Numbered from the stretch's first letter, positions 1 to 11,615 are shown. The stretch: DNA of 64,000 nt from an uncultured delta proteobacterium (GCA_963772835.1 CAVYYZ010000008.1:64001-128000), one strand, 5' to 3'. Notes: generated from the letters alone by a model not told the origin. Numbers and translations: made by a program.

Positions 1-688
1 GAACACCTCTTCTCCCCGTGAACAGATAGTTCCCGAGCTGCGTCGCTTCTGGCAGAACCGGACCTACGTCCGCGCGACGCTTTCAATGGCCGCCATGACA
101 TTTGCACTGGGCGGCCTGGCTCAATGGGCGCCTTCATTTCTCCTGCGCTCGTTCGGCCTTGAGGTCGCCCGTGGCAATACCATTTTCGGTATAATTACCG
201 TTGTCTCGGGCATTATCGGTACTCTGGCCGGGGGCTGGCTTGGTGACCGTTTTCAGCGCCGCACTCCTGCCGGCTACCTGTACGTTTCAGCAATCGGGTT
301 ACTGCTCGGTGCGCCGCTTATGATTCTGGCCCTGACAACACCAAGTCTGACGGTCTGTCTGGCCTCCATCTTTGCTGCTGAACTGTTTCTGTTTCTCAAT
401 ACAGGCCCGCTTAATACCATTCTTGTCAATGTTGTGCCGCCCGGCCGCCGTGCCATGGCCTTTGCCATTAACATCTTTACCATTCATGCCCTGGGGGACG
501 CCATATCGCCGGCTATCATTGGTTTCCTGTCCGATCAGTGGGGATTGTCGCGTGCACTGCTGATTACTCCGCTGGCGGTGCTGGTTGCAGCAGGCTTTGC
601 ATATCTGGGTGTGCGGTATGTGGAGCGGGATCAACGGGCTGCGGAAGACACCAATACCTGCATGCCTCGGCCTGACCCTGATACGTAG
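1..688 (+). CDS. MFS transporter (Spinster-like), 5' end truncated by window edge
   Basis: Multiple TM helices; GGWLGDRFQRR MFS loop motif; RRAMAFA...GDAISPAIIGFLSD C-terminal half of an MFS; frame open upstream of 86. Confidence 0.85.
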   Translation, partial: NTSSPREQIVPELRRFWQNRTYVRATLSMAAMTFALGGLAQWAPSFLLRSFGLEVARGNTIFGIITVVSGIIGTLAGGWLGDRFQRRTPAGYLYVSAIGLLLGAPLMILALTTPSLTVCLASIFAAELFLFLNTGPLNTILVNVVPPGRRAMAFAINIFTIHALGDAISPAIIGFLSDQWGLSRALLITPLAVLVAAGFAYLGVRYVERDQRAAEDTNTCMPRPDPDT

Positions 689-2346
689 ACAAACGTAACG
701 GTGGCCCCTTCAGCACAATCCTGCTCAGTTCGATAATCACACTTGAACTCATAGCGAAATGACTTGACCCTGCTGTCGGGCGGCAGCTTCAGATCGTCCG
801 GAAGATCTCTGAGGGTGGGCCAGTAACACCTGCTCTCATGTGTCGATACGTAGGAGGGAAGCCTTCCCTTCAGCGGCATCTCATGGCAGCAGTAATCAAA
901 AAAGAGCGCGTCGTGCAGTATTTCCCTGTCGGCTGAACCCGGCAGCGGTTCAATCAGCCGCGCAAAAAGCTCATAAACCCTTAGACAGGAGAGGCTGGAG
1001 AGGTTCTCGTTGCCCGCCCGTCGTGACATTGTGTCCAGTATTTCGGAGTACGTCCTGTTCCGGCGGAGAATCCGGAACGCTGCTGCAAACCCTCCATGCT
1101 TGCCGAACAGATCCATCAGGCGTCCGATTGTTTCAATCCGGCAGATGTCATCGTAGGAAAGCCACGGATTGCGCAGGATTGTATAAGGGGGGGATTCGGA
1201 AAAGGCGTATCCTTCGCGATACGCAATCGCCCGCATCGGAGCACCTTTGAGAACCTTAAGCGGTTCAACCTGGATCATATCCGGTTTCAGCTCTGCAATT
1301 GTCTGCAGAGAGTTCAAAAACCCGCCATAATTTTCCCCCGGAAGTCCAGCTACAAGATCGAGATGCAGTTCAATCCGCGTTCCGGATCTAAGTCGACCGA
1401 CATTGGCAATAATCCGGGATAGATCAGCTGTCCGTCCCACCTGTTCAAGCGTTTCCGCCGCCGCTGACTGAATGCCGATTTCAAAGCGGAACGTATTTTC
1501 CGGAACGCGTGCCAGAGTCCGTATATTATCCTCAGTGAGAAGGTCTGCGGAAATTTCAAAGTGAAAGTGACTGCTCCGGTTATGCGACAGGATGAATTGC
1601 CAGATGGCATCCGCCCTTTCGGCATCGTAATTAAAGGTGCGGTCTACCAGTTTTATCTGCGCCACATTGCTGTTCATTAAAAACAGGAGATCTTTTTTTA
1701 TCCTCTCTAGGCTGAATGAACGGACGGCTCCCTCAACCGATGACAGGCAGAATGCACAGGAGAACGGACAGCCGCGTGATGTTTCGTAATAGATCAACGG
1801 CTTTGAAAAATCCACCAATCCGGCTTCAAACGGTGACGGGAGCGAGTCAAGCGCAAGCTGCTTTCTGCTTAACGGCCCTGATACGGTATCGCTGCCGTCT
1901 CGAAAAAACAGGTTGTCGGTCCCGGCCAGGAGGTACTTCAATTGATCTGCATTGTTTTGCAGCAGCAGTTCTATCAGCCCCCTGAATGTTTCCTCCCCTT
2001 CACCTTTGATCACATAGTCGATAGCACCGTTGTCATGCATGAGATCGAATATCCCGAACGAAACCTCCGGCCCCCCCAGAAGGATGCCGGTCTGCGGAGA
2101 TATCTTCTTGATGTCGGAAATGATGCGCAGGGTCTGTTCGATGTTCCAGATATAGCAGGAGAAGGCCACCAGGTCGGCCTCCTCAGCCATGACGAGTCTC
2201 AGGAGATGCTCGCGCGGTTCATTGACGGTCCATTCGCGAATAGTCATATCGACGTCCGGGATGTCCCGGCAGTAGGCAGCCAGGCAGGGGAGCGCCAGCG
2301 ATGCGTGTGCGTATTTGGCGTGCAGGGTAGTGAGAAGTATTTTCAT
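631..2346 (-). CDS. B12-binding radical SAM protein
   Basis: N-terminal cobalamin-binding domain (FSCYIWN, LGGPEVSF); ETSRGCPFSCAFC CxxxCxxC motif. Confidence 0.9.
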   Translation of the reverse strand: MKILLTTLHAKYAHASLALPCLAAYCRDIPDVDMTIREWTVNEPREHLLRLVMAEEADLVAFSCYIWNIEQTLRIISDIKKISPQTGILLGGPEVSFGIFDLMHDNGAIDYVIKGEGEETFRGLIELLLQNNADQLKYLLAGTDNLFFRDGSDTVSGPLSRKQLALDSLPSPFEAGLVDFSKPLIYYETSRGCPFSCAFCLSSVEGAVRSFSLERIKKDLLFLMNSNVAQIKLVDRTFNYDAERADAIWQFILSHNRSSHFHFEISADLLTEDNIRTLARVPENTFRFEIGIQSAAAETLEQVGRTADLSRIIANVGRLRSGTRIELHLDLVAGLPGENYGGFLNSLQTIAELKPDMIQVEPLKVLKGAPMRAIAYREGYAFSESPPYTILRNPWLSYDDICRIETIGRLMDLFGKHGGFAAAFRILRRNRTYSEILDTMSRRAGNENLSSLSCLRVYELFARLIEPLPGSADREILHDALFFDYCCHEMPLKGRLPSYVSTHESRCYWPTLRDLPDDLKLPPDSRVKSFRYEFKCDYRTEQDCAEGATVTFVYVSGSGRGMQVLVSSAAR

Positions 2347-2378
2347 GGGTAGAAAATTAAGCCTAAAAACGGATTTTG

Positions 2379-2499
2379 GTCCACGAAAGACACGAACGTC
2401 ACGAAAATTAATGCAATACAGCAGGATAAAAATTCTCCGGACAGATTGTGCATTGATGGTACAAAATTATACGGATCTTTGTTCGTGCTTTTCGTGGAC
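2379..2499. repeat. REP/MITE-like inverted-repeat element (CACGAA-periodic arms)
   Basis: GTCCACGAAAGACACGAAC (2379-2397) pairs with GTTCGTGCTTTTCGTGGAC (2481-2499) at 17/19; AT-rich spacer; related to 19164-19267. Confidence 0.75.
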
Positions 2500-2532
2500 A
2501 GCTGCTTTTCTAGGTTGAATCAGCTCCTGACG

Positions 2533-3555
2533 TTAGAATGGTATGGTATATCTGTCTTCATTACTCTGAATCTTCGTATTGAACGGTCCTGACAGACCAT
2601 TCAGCTTTTGAATGACACCGGCTGCCCGTACACCGGTCAGCAGCTGCGGCTGGAAGCCGACCCGCCGGTACAGGACATCCAGCGGCAGTATTTCAGCGCT
2701 GCGGTTGTTATCAGTCAGCGTAAGACGGATCATGGCGCTGACGTCTGCGACAGTACTCTTGCTGGCAAAGGTAAAATTGCCCAGACTGTAAAAAATGAGG
2801 CCATTTCTGTACCGTTCGACACCTTGCAGAACATGGGGGTGGTGGCCGATAATTACGTCCGCTCCGGCTTCGATGGCTTTGTGCGCTGCAGTGCGTTGAT
2901 ACGGCTGCACGGAGTCGCTCGCTTCCCTTCCCCAGTGAAACGAGACAATGACGTAGTCTGCCTGCCTGCGGGCGTTTGTTATGTCCGCGGTCACCAGTTT
3001 TTCGTAACCGGGGGCGGTGCCCGGCCGGTCGCGGCCGGCGTAAAACTCGACCGGACGGGTCAGCGAGTAGCCGAGGAAGGCTATCTTTTTGCCTTTGATC
3101 GTATAGAGCACCATTTTGCGGGCTTCAGAAAGGTTTATGCCTGCTCCGATCCATGCGATGCCATTGTTGTTGAGATGGTGAAGTGTCTCAGCCAACGCTT
3201 CGCCGCCAAAATCCATACTATGGTTGTTGGCGAGTGTTACCAGATTAAAGCCTGCAGCTCGAATGGATTTTGCAGCCTGCGGTTCGGCCCGGAAGCGGAA
3301 CTGCTTTTCTGAATATTCTACTCCACCCTCGGCGATGGGCGATTCCAGATTGGCGAGATTGATATCGCTTGCGGCCAGTTCTTTCCTGACGCTGTTAAAA
3401 GGGTAGTCGTATCCTTTCTTTCTCAGGAACGGCACCCATTTTCCGGCCAGCATGATATCACCGACCGCGGTAATGACAATCTCCTCTGCATGCAGACTAG
3501 CCGGCCGGCAGCAGAGAACAGCCACGATTAGAATGTGCGTAATGAGTACTTTCAT
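2533..3555 (-). CDS. CapA-family (PGA_cap) metallophosphatase-like exported protein
   Basis: AVGDIML, ANLESP, LANNHSMDFG, SFHWG, GHHPHVLQ, YSLGNF motifs; signal peptide; start uncertain. Confidence 0.9.
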   Translation of the reverse strand: MKVLITHILIVAVLCCRPASLHAEEIVITAVGDIMLAGKWVPFLRKKGYDYPFNSVRKELAASDINLANLESPIAEGGVEYSEKQFRFRAEPQAAKSIRAAGFNLVTLANNHSMDFGGEALAETLHHLNNNGIAWIGAGINLSEARKMVLYTIKGKKIAFLGYSLTRPVEFYAGRDRPGTAPGYEKLVTADITNARRQADYVIVSFHWGREASDSVQPYQRTAAHKAIEAGADVIIGHHPHVLQGVERYRNGLIFYSLGNFTFASKSTVADVSAMIRLTLTDNNRSAEILPLDVLYRRVGFQPQLLTGVRAAGVIQKLNGLSGPFNTKIQSNEDRYTIPF

Positions 3556-3623
3556 AGGGCTCTTTTGCATTGACGTATAACGTCGCAAGTGCTACAAAAT
3601 ACACGCTTACTACTGAAAAATAA

Positions 3624-4907
<1,284 letters not shown>

Positions 4908-4958
4908 GTTACAGATCGTAAGTACATCTATCGTAATAGCTGATACCGCGGGGGTGTT

Positions 4959-5447
4959 ATGTTTGGTAAAAAAAATGCGCTGTTGCTGGAAGGGGCGGAA
5001 GCCAGATTAAAACAGCAGCAGGATAAGCTTGACTGGTATCAGCGGCATTACGAAAAACAGCAGATCTACATCGAAGAGCTGTACGATGTGGTCGGTGACA
5101 TGTCCCGCCAACTCGGGATGGTGCTTAAAAGCGAAAATATGGAACGCCTCCAGAAAAGTCCTTTCCTGGATGAGACCAGCAATTTTTTTCTCGACCTGTA
5201 CCTGCTGTTCAGTTCGAGGCTCAAGAAAGGGAAAAACGTAACCTGCTATTACGGTAAGGAACTGGAAGAATTACAGCGTAAATTTCAGGACAGGGATTTT
5301 AAGAACAGCAGAATTATCCACCTGACCGAGCGTCTTACCCTTGATAATCTGCGTACGCTTTTCAAAGATGGTTTATGGAGAAAATCTGTTGAAGATTCAT
5401 TGTTAGAGATACGAAGTGAGAGAAAGTTTGATACAGATCAGCAGTAA
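4959..5447 (+). CDS. hypothetical protein with N-terminal coiled coil
   Basis: 162 aa ORF with GGGGG-type RBS, fills the gap between serS and the tRNA; no recognised domain. Confidence 0.65.
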   Translation: MFGKKNALLLEGAEARLKQQQDKLDWYQRHYEKQQIYIEELYDVVGDMSRQLGMVLKSENMERLQKSPFLDETSNFFLDLYLLFSSRLKKGKNVTCYYGKELEELQRKFQDRDFKNSRIIHLTERLTLDNLRTLFKDGLWRKSVEDSLLEIRSERKFDTDQQ

Positions 5448-5483
5448 TTCCAAAACAACGTGCTCTATGGTGTCGCTTACCAT

Positions 5484-5512
5484 TTGAAAATCAGAAACAG
5501 GTGTGCTATAGA
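5484..5512 (+). promoter_or_regulatory. sigma70-type promoter for tRNA-Ser
   Basis: TTGAAA-17bp-TATAGA with extended TG, about 20 bp upstream of the tRNA. Confidence 0.55.
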
Positions 5513-5531
5513 GTCTTGCACGCATGACAAT

Positions 5532-5619
5532 GGAGAGGTGGCCGAGTGGTTTAAGGCAGCGGTCTTGAAAACCGCCGAAGTTAATCCTTCCGTGAGTTCG
5601 AATCTCACCCTCTCCGCCA
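5532..5619 (+). tRNA. tRNA-Ser (anticodon TGA)
   Basis: GGAGAGG/CCTCTCC acceptor stem + GCCA; anticodon arm GCGGT-CTTGAAA-ACCGC; long variable arm; GTTCGAATC T-loop. Confidence 0.97.
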
Positions 5620-5630
5620 TTCTAATTACG

Positions 5631-5663
5631 AACGGTTAGCTCGCGGGCTGATCGTTTTTTTTT
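5631..5663 (+). terminator. Rho-independent terminator after tRNA-Ser
   Basis: AACGGTTAGC/GCTGATCGTT hairpin followed by a T run. Confidence 0.75.
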
Positions 5664-5729
5664 GCCAGCGCCAGGATTCTGGACGCGGAGAACAATTGAA
5701 AACGCTGGAAATGCGAGAAAAGGAAAACC

Positions 5730-7391
5730 ATGCAGCGGATAATGACTTTTTTTACCGCCAGGGTTAACTCTGCACGTCAGGACCTGGCGCTTCTATCGGT
5801 TGTCTTTGGGACCGTGTTCTTTCAGTTCCTCTGGAAACTTCCGCTCATGGAACCGGACGAAGGGCGCTACGCCGAGATTCCACGGGAGATGCTTGAACGG
5901 GGTGACTTTATTACCCCGATGCTCAATTATGTAAAATACTTTGAGAAACCTCCTCTCCATTACTGGCTGAATGCGCTGTCCATGACTGTTTTCGGCGAAA
6001 ACGAATTTGCCGTCCGCTTCCCCGGGGCACTCTGCGGACTGCTGACGGTTCTGTTCACCTACCATGCTGGACGAAAACTCTTTGGCCGCCGCGAAGGTCT
6101 TTTGACGGCAATCATACTCGGCTCCTCAACAGGCTTTCTGGTACAGGGGCGTATGAACCTGACCGATATGACCCTTACATTCTGCATGACCGTTTCAATC
6201 GGCTGTTTCCTTCTTGCATCCCGGCCGGATGAGCGCAATAAGGGCCTTTATTATTACCTGTTTTATCTCTTTGCCGCCCTGGCAGTCCTTGCCAAGGGGC
6301 TTATCGGACTCGTTCTACCGGGCGGGGTGATCTTCCTCTTCCTGGTTATCTGCCGGCGTTGGCCGCTTCTGAAGGAGATGCGCCTGCCGACAGGCCTTTT
6401 GCTCTTCCTGGCTGTTGCCGCCCCCTGGTTTGTTGTGGTATCTCTTCGGAACCCCGAATTTGCCCAATTTTTCTTCATTCACGAGCACTTCCAGCGGTTT
6501 CTGAGCAAAGTCCACGGCCGTTACCAGCCGGCCTGGTTCTTCATTCCGATACTGTTGCTAACCATGCTGCCATGGTCGTTTTTTGTTCCGCAGGCACTAA
6601 TCCGCGCCTGGCGCGAACGGAAGGAAAAGGGTGGAGATCTCCTCGTGTACCTCATCGTCTGGGCAGGCTTCATATTTCTCTTTTTTTCCAAGTCAAATTC
6701 AAAGCTGATTCCCTACATCCTACCGGTTTTTGCGCCGCTTGCCCTGCTGGTGGGACTGCTCTTCAGCCGGGGAATGGATGATGAAACGATGCCAAGGAGG
6801 ACCGGGTTGCTTGCGGCATCGATCCTCTGTATACTCGGGTGCGGTGCCATAGCCTATCCCTTCGTAGATGCACAGCCCTTTGTGTCACCGGTGGGAGGGT
6901 TTGCCGTCGGTGCGGTTTTCATCCTCGAAGGGGTGCTGGTCTTTATTGCCGCCAGGCGAGGAACCGCTCTGCGACTCTTTCTCTCTCTCTCGGCCGGTGG
7001 CATTCTGTTGGCATTGGTAGCTCCACATGCCGTCTTTCCTGCAATTTCGCAAAAAAATGCGAGTTCAAGAGAGCTTTGCCGTATGGTCAAGGATGCTGCC
7101 GGGTCTGATACGGTTGTGGTAAGCGTCGGATATGAACAGGGTCTCCCTTTCTACGCCGGGAGACGGGTCGTCATAGCGGGGGGGATGGGTGAGCTTGAGT
7201 TCGGTGCGAACATAGGAGATCAGTCGGCATGGTTCATTGACCGGCCGCATTTCACCGAACTGTGGGATTCCGGGCGGCATGTGATCGCGCTGATCAAACA
7301 GAAAGAGCTGAAACAGCTCGAATCGGTAGCACACACTCCGGTGAGAGTCCTTGGAGAGGATCATCGCAAACTCCTTGTGTCAAATCGCTGA
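5730..7391 (+). CDS. arnT: ArnT-like GT-C (family 39/83) glycosyltransferase, L-Ara4N transferase
   Basis: EPDEGRYAEIPREM, YFEKPPL, LAKG and SKLIPYILP motifs; many TM helices; arn context. Confidence 0.88.
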   Translation: MQRIMTFFTARVNSARQDLALLSVVFGTVFFQFLWKLPLMEPDEGRYAEIPREMLERGDFITPMLNYVKYFEKPPLHYWLNALSMTVFGENEFAVRFPGALCGLLTVLFTYHAGRKLFGRREGLLTAIILGSSTGFLVQGRMNLTDMTLTFCMTVSIGCFLLASRPDERNKGLYYYLFYLFAALAVLAKGLIGLVLPGGVIFLFLVICRRWPLLKEMRLPTGLLLFLAVAAPWFVVVSLRNPEFAQFFFIHEHFQRFLSKVHGRYQPAWFFIPILLLTMLPWSFFVPQALIRAWRERKEKGGDLLVYLIVWAGFIFLFFSKSNSKLIPYILPVFAPLALLVGLLFSRGMDDETMPRRTGLLAASILCILGCGAIAYPFVDAQPFVSPVGGFAVGAVFILEGVLVFIAARRGTALRLFLSLSAGGILLALVAPHAVFPAISQKNASSRELCRMVKDAAGSDTVVVSVGYEQGLPFYAGRRVVIAGGMGELEFGANIGDQSAWFIDRPHFTELWDSGRHVIALIKQKELKQLESVAHTPVRVLGEDHRKLLVSNR

Positions 7392-7462
7392 AGCCCGCTG
7401 ATTTTTCAGCCGTTTTGCCCTGTACCATGCTAAGTTATTATCGAATGACACCGGAGGATGCA

Positions 7463-8626
7463 ATGCGCACCGAGTTTCTCCCCTTTTCAACTCCGACCAT
7501 AGAAGACGCAGAGATCAATGAAGTTGTAGATTCCCTCCGTTCCGGCTGGATTACCTCCGGACCAAAAGTCAAGCGTTTCGAGGAGGCATTCGCGGCGTAT
7601 GTAGGCACTCCCTTTGCCGTGCCGCTCAGTTCGGCGACTGCAGGACTGCATCTGACTCTGCTGGCCTTGAAGATACGGGAAGGTGATGAAATCATCACCA
7701 CGCCGATGACCTTTGTCTCAACCGTCAGCATGATCGTACTTTGCGGCGGCAAACCGGTATTAGTAGACATTGAACCCGGAACCTTGAACATCGATGCATC
7801 AAAGATACGGGAGAAGATTTCTCCCCGGACCAGGGCGATCATCCCGGTCCATTTTGCCGGCCAGTCATGCGACATGGACCCGATCTTTGCCCTGGCAGCC
7901 GAGTTTGGCCTGACGGTGATCGAAGATGCTGCCCACGCCGCAGGCACAGAGTACAAAGGTTGGCGCATCGGTTCTCTCGAGAGCATTTCCATCTTCTCCT
8001 TTCACCCCAACAAAAACATTACCACCGGTGAAGGAGGGATGGTCTGCACCGGGGATGAATCGCTGGCCGAAGAGGTTTCGCTTCTCAAGTTCCACGGCAT
8101 GAGCCGGGAGGCCTGGAAACGCGTTGCCGCTTCCGGAACCCCCAATTACGACATCCTTCTCCCCGGTTTCAAATACAACATGATGGATCTCCAGGCGGCT
8201 ATCGGCATTCATCAGCTGCCCAAACTTGACGGATTCATCGACAAGCGGAAGGAGGTTGCCGAATTCTATAACCGTGAGTTTGCCGGCCTTGCCGAACTTG
8301 CCATTCCCGCCTATGCCCCCTATGCGCAGCGACATGCCTGGCATCTCTACACCCCGCTGGTACGGATCGAGATGCTCTCCATCGACCGCGACCGGTTCAT
8401 GGCGGAACTTAAGCGAGAGAACATCGGTACAGGGCTGCACTACAAGGCGGTTCACCACCATTCCTGGTATCGGGAGAACCTCCCGCAGAGCGAAGGATCC
8501 CTGCCCAACGCAGATTACGCCTCGGACCGGATACTGTCGCTGCCGCTCTTTCCGAAGATGTCTCTGGATGATGCCCGCGATGTTGTAGGGGCGGTCAAGA
8601 ATGTTATCGCGAGAAACAGAAAATGA
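7463..8626 (+). CDS. arnB: UDP-4-keto-pentose aminotransferase (DegT/ArnB)
   Basis: SGWITSGPK, IEDAAHA, FSFHPNKNITTGEGG; ATG at 7463 after GGAGG. Confidence 0.9.
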   Translation: MRTEFLPFSTPTIEDAEINEVVDSLRSGWITSGPKVKRFEEAFAAYVGTPFAVPLSSATAGLHLTLLALKIREGDEIITTPMTFVSTVSMIVLCGGKPVLVDIEPGTLNIDASKIREKISPRTRAIIPVHFAGQSCDMDPIFALAAEFGLTVIEDAAHAAGTEYKGWRIGSLESISIFSFHPNKNITTGEGGMVCTGDESLAEEVSLLKFHGMSREAWKRVAASGTPNYDILLPGFKYNMMDLQAAIGIHQLPKLDGFIDKRKEVAEFYNREFAGLAELAIPAYAPYAQRHAWHLYTPLVRIEMLSIDRDRFMAELKRENIGTGLHYKAVHHHSWYRENLPQSEGSLPNADYASDRILSLPLFPKMSLDDARDVVGAVKNVIARNRK

Positions 8627-9558
8627 CCCCTTATATTTCAATAGTCATCCCTGTCTATAACGAGGAAGGAAACCTCCATAACCTCTTCAGCCGCCTCTAT
8701 CCCGTTATGCGGGGAGTCGGGAAACCATTCGAGATAATCTTTACCGATGACGGCAGCCGTGACGGCTCACTTGAAATACTGAAGCTCATGGCCGCCGCCT
8801 ACCCGGAAGTGCGGGTGGTGGAGTTCAACGGCAACTTCGGTCAGCATATGGCGATCATGGCCGCCTTCGAAATCAGCCGTGGCGAGATCGTCGTCACCCT
8901 GGACGCGGATCTGCAGAATCCGCCGGAAGAAATCCCCAAACTGATTGCTGCGATGGAACAGGGGCACGATGTGGTGGGGAGTGTCCGTCAGCAACGACAG
9001 GACTCCTACTACCGCAAAACCGCTTCGCGCATGGTTAACATCATTACCCGCAAGATGACCGGCATGCAGATGAGCGATTACGGCTGCATGCTCCGCGCGT
9101 ACCGCCGGAATGTGGTGGACAACATCAACCGCTGCAGCGAAAGTTCCACGTTTATTCCGGCCCTGGCGCAGACATTTGCCACAAACCCGGGCGAAGTTGC
9201 GGTAGCCCATGCCGAAAGGACCGAAGGTGAGAGCAAATACTCTCTCTATTCGCTGGTCCGCCTCAACTTCGACTTGATGACCGGTTTTTCGGTTGTGCCG
9301 CTCCAGCTCTTTGCCCTGATGGGGATCCTGACATCCCTTTTTGCTGTCGCTTTTGCAGCTTTCCTGATCGTGCGGCGATTCATCGTCGGTGCCGAGGTGG
9401 AAGGTGTTTTCACCCTTTTTGCGATACTTTTTTTCTTCATCGGCATCACCATCTTCGGTATCGGCATTGTCGGCGAGTATGTGGGGAGAATCTATCAGGA
9501 GGTGCGGCGCCGCCCGCGCTATGTGGTGCGCAGGATGTACGGGGCCGAAAATGAGTAA
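8623..9558 (+). CDS. arnC: undecaprenyl-phosphate L-Ara4FN transferase (GT2)
   Basis: VIPVYNEE, DDGSRD, TLDADLQNPPEEI, DYGCMLRAY; two C-terminal TM helices. Confidence 0.9.
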   Translation: MTPYISIVIPVYNEEGNLHNLFSRLYPVMRGVGKPFEIIFTDDGSRDGSLEILKLMAAAYPEVRVVEFNGNFGQHMAIMAAFEISRGEIVVTLDADLQNPPEEIPKLIAAMEQGHDVVGSVRQQRQDSYYRKTASRMVNIITRKMTGMQMSDYGCMLRAYRRNVVDNINRCSESSTFIPALAQTFATNPGEVAVAHAERTEGESKYSLYSLVRLNFDLMTGFSVVPLQLFALMGILTSLFAVAFAAFLIVRRFIVGAEVEGVFTLFAILFFFIGITIFGIGIVGEYVGRIYQEVRRRPRYVVRRMYGAENE

Positions 9559-10462
9559 TGCCGTTGTGGCATGCGCCTACCATAACGTGGGCTGTCTCTG
9601 TCTGGAAGAGCTGCTCCGTGAGGGGACTGACATCCGGTTGATCTTCACCCACGAGGATTCCCCCGGTGAAGAGATCTGGTTCGCATCAGTGCGCGAACTG
9701 GCGGATCGGCACGGTATCCCGTACCTCACGACCAGCATAAATGAGCCGGAAAACCGGGCGAAAGTAGCTGAAATTTCCCCGTACTTCCTCTTCTCCTTCT
9801 ACTACCGGAACATGATCAGCCCGGAAGTGCTGAACCTGGCAACAAAAGGGGCATTGAACCTGCACGGTTCCTACCTGCCCGGGTATCGGGGACGGGTGCC
9901 GGTCAACTGGGCCGTGATCAACGGCGAGACCGAGACCGGCGCCACTCTGCATTATATGGAAGCCAAGCCAGATGCCGGTGACATTGTCGACCAGGAAAAA
10001 GTGTCCATTGCGTTCACCGATACCGCATTCGATGTGTTCAGTAAGGTAGCCTCCGCAGCGGTAATCGTACTCCACCGCGCATGGCCGCTACTCATTGCCG
10101 GCACAGCGCCCCGCATCCCGATGGATCTGCGGCGGGGAAGCTACTTCGGCGGCCGCAAACCGGCCGACGGCCTGATTGAATGGACGAAAAGCGCGTGGCA
10201 GATCTACAACCTGATTCGTGGCGTAACCCACCCGTATCCCGGAGCGTTCACCCGGCTCAACGGCAGGAAGATCATCATCTGGCAGGCACGACCGGCTGCG
10301 GGAACGGGTGAACCGGGCAGAGTTATGGCGATTGATCCGTTGCTGGTCGGTACCGGTGACGGACTGTTGGAACTCGGATCGCTTCAAGAAGAAGGGGGGC
10401 AGGAAGAGTCTGCTGCAGTTTTTGTGTCCCGGAATCAATCAGAAACGTTACAATTCAGCTGA
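9551..10462 (+). CDS. UDP-L-Ara4N formyltransferase (stand-alone ArnA N-terminal domain)
   Basis: AYHNVG, FSFYYR, NLHGSYLPGYRGRVPVNW, YFGGRKPADG. Confidence 0.9.
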   Translation: MSNAVVACAYHNVGCLCLEELLREGTDIRLIFTHEDSPGEEIWFASVRELADRHGIPYLTTSINEPENRAKVAEISPYFLFSFYYRNMISPEVLNLATKGALNLHGSYLPGYRGRVPVNWAVINGETETGATLHYMEAKPDAGDIVDQEKVSIAFTDTAFDVFSKVASAAVIVLHRAWPLLIAGTAPRIPMDLRRGSYFGGRKPADGLIEWTKSAWQIYNLIRGVTHPYPGAFTRLNGRKIIIWQARPAAGTGEPGRVMAIDPLLVGTGDGLLELGSLQEEGGQEESAAVFVSRNQSETLQFS

Positions 10463-10502
10463 GCGGGCATACCCGCAGCAGGTCAGGAACAAAGGAGACG
10501 GC

Positions 10503-11543
10503 ATGAAAGTTCTTATTCTCGGCGTAAACGGCTTCATCGGTAACGCGCTCACCAAACGTATCCTCGCAACCACTGACTGGGAGGTCCACGGCCTCGATAT
10601 GGCCTGTGACAAACTGGAGCACTCCCTGGGTGATTCGCGCTTCCATTTTCTGGAAGGTGATATCACGATCAACAAGGAGTGGATCGAATACAATATCAAA
10701 AAGTGCGACGTGGTGCTGCCGCTTGTGGCCATCGCTACGCCGGTCACCTACGTCAAGGATCCGCTCCGGGTATTCGAACTCGATTTCGAAGAAAACCTGA
10801 AGATCGTCCGCCTCTGCGTGAAGTACAAAAAAAGGGTGATATTCCCGTCTACCTCCGAAGTGTACGGCATGAGTCCCGACCGGGAGTTCGACGAGGAAAC
10901 CTCGCCACTGATGCTCGGACCGATCAGCAAGGAACGCTGGATCTATTCCTGTGCCAAGCAGATGCTGGACCGGGTCATTTATGCCTATGGTAACCATGAG
11001 GGGCTTCGGTACACCCTGTTCCGGCCCTTCAACTGGATCGGACCGAAACTGGACAGCATAAGCACCGCCAAGGAGGGGAGCTCACGAGTGCTGACGCAGT
11101 TTTTGTATAATATTCTTGCAGGCGAGCCGATTCAACTGGTGGATGGCGGCAATCAGCGCCGCTCCTTCACGTATGTCGAGGACGGCATCGATTGTCTGAT
11201 GAAAATCATCGCCAACGAAAATGGCTGTGCAGAGAGCGGAATATTCAATATTGGCAACCCGGATAATGATCTTTCCGTCAAGGAACTGGCCGAGAAACTG
11301 ATCGCACTGGTCAAGGAGTACCCGGCGTATCGGGAAAAGGCAGAAAATTGCCGGATAGTGAATGTAACCTCCGAGACCTTTTACGGGAGAGGGTACCAGG
11401 ATATGCTGAACCGGGTGCCATCGGTGAAAAATGCCAAAGAGCGGCTCGCCTGGGAACCAAAGACGCCCATTGACGATGCTCTGCGCAAAACCCTGGATTT
11501 CTATCTGATTGAGGACCGGGGGAAGATCGAGCACCTGCTCTGA
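10503..11543 (+). CDS. UDP-glucuronate oxidase/decarboxylase (stand-alone ArnA C-terminal domain)
   Basis: LILGVNGFIG, LVAIATP, FPSTSEVYG, RWIYSCAK, RPFNWIGP. Confidence 0.92.
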   Translation: MKVLILGVNGFIGNALTKRILATTDWEVHGLDMACDKLEHSLGDSRFHFLEGDITINKEWIEYNIKKCDVVLPLVAIATPVTYVKDPLRVFELDFEENLKIVRLCVKYKKRVIFPSTSEVYGMSPDREFDEETSPLMLGPISKERWIYSCAKQMLDRVIYAYGNHEGLRYTLFRPFNWIGPKLDSISTAKEGSSRVLTQFLYNILAGEPIQLVDGGNQRRSFTYVEDGIDCLMKIIANENGCAESGIFNIGNPDNDLSVKELAEKLIALVKEYPAYREKAENCRIVNVTSETFYGRGYQDMLNRVPSVKNAKERLAWEPKTPIDDALRKTLDFYLIEDRGKIEHLL

Positions 11544-11615
11544 AAATGGAATTCCCGGCTCAACCGGCCTGGTGCCGGCCGCTCACCAGAAATTCTGAAC
11601 ACAAGAGCATCTGCC

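Noticed and set aside
2533..3555. Poly-gamma-glutamate capsule system
   Set aside because: Only a stand-alone capA-like gene; no capB or capC nearby.
5532..5730. Prophage or ICE integration at tRNA-Ser
   Set aside because: No adjacent integrase and no duplicate of the tRNA 3' end noticed in the window.
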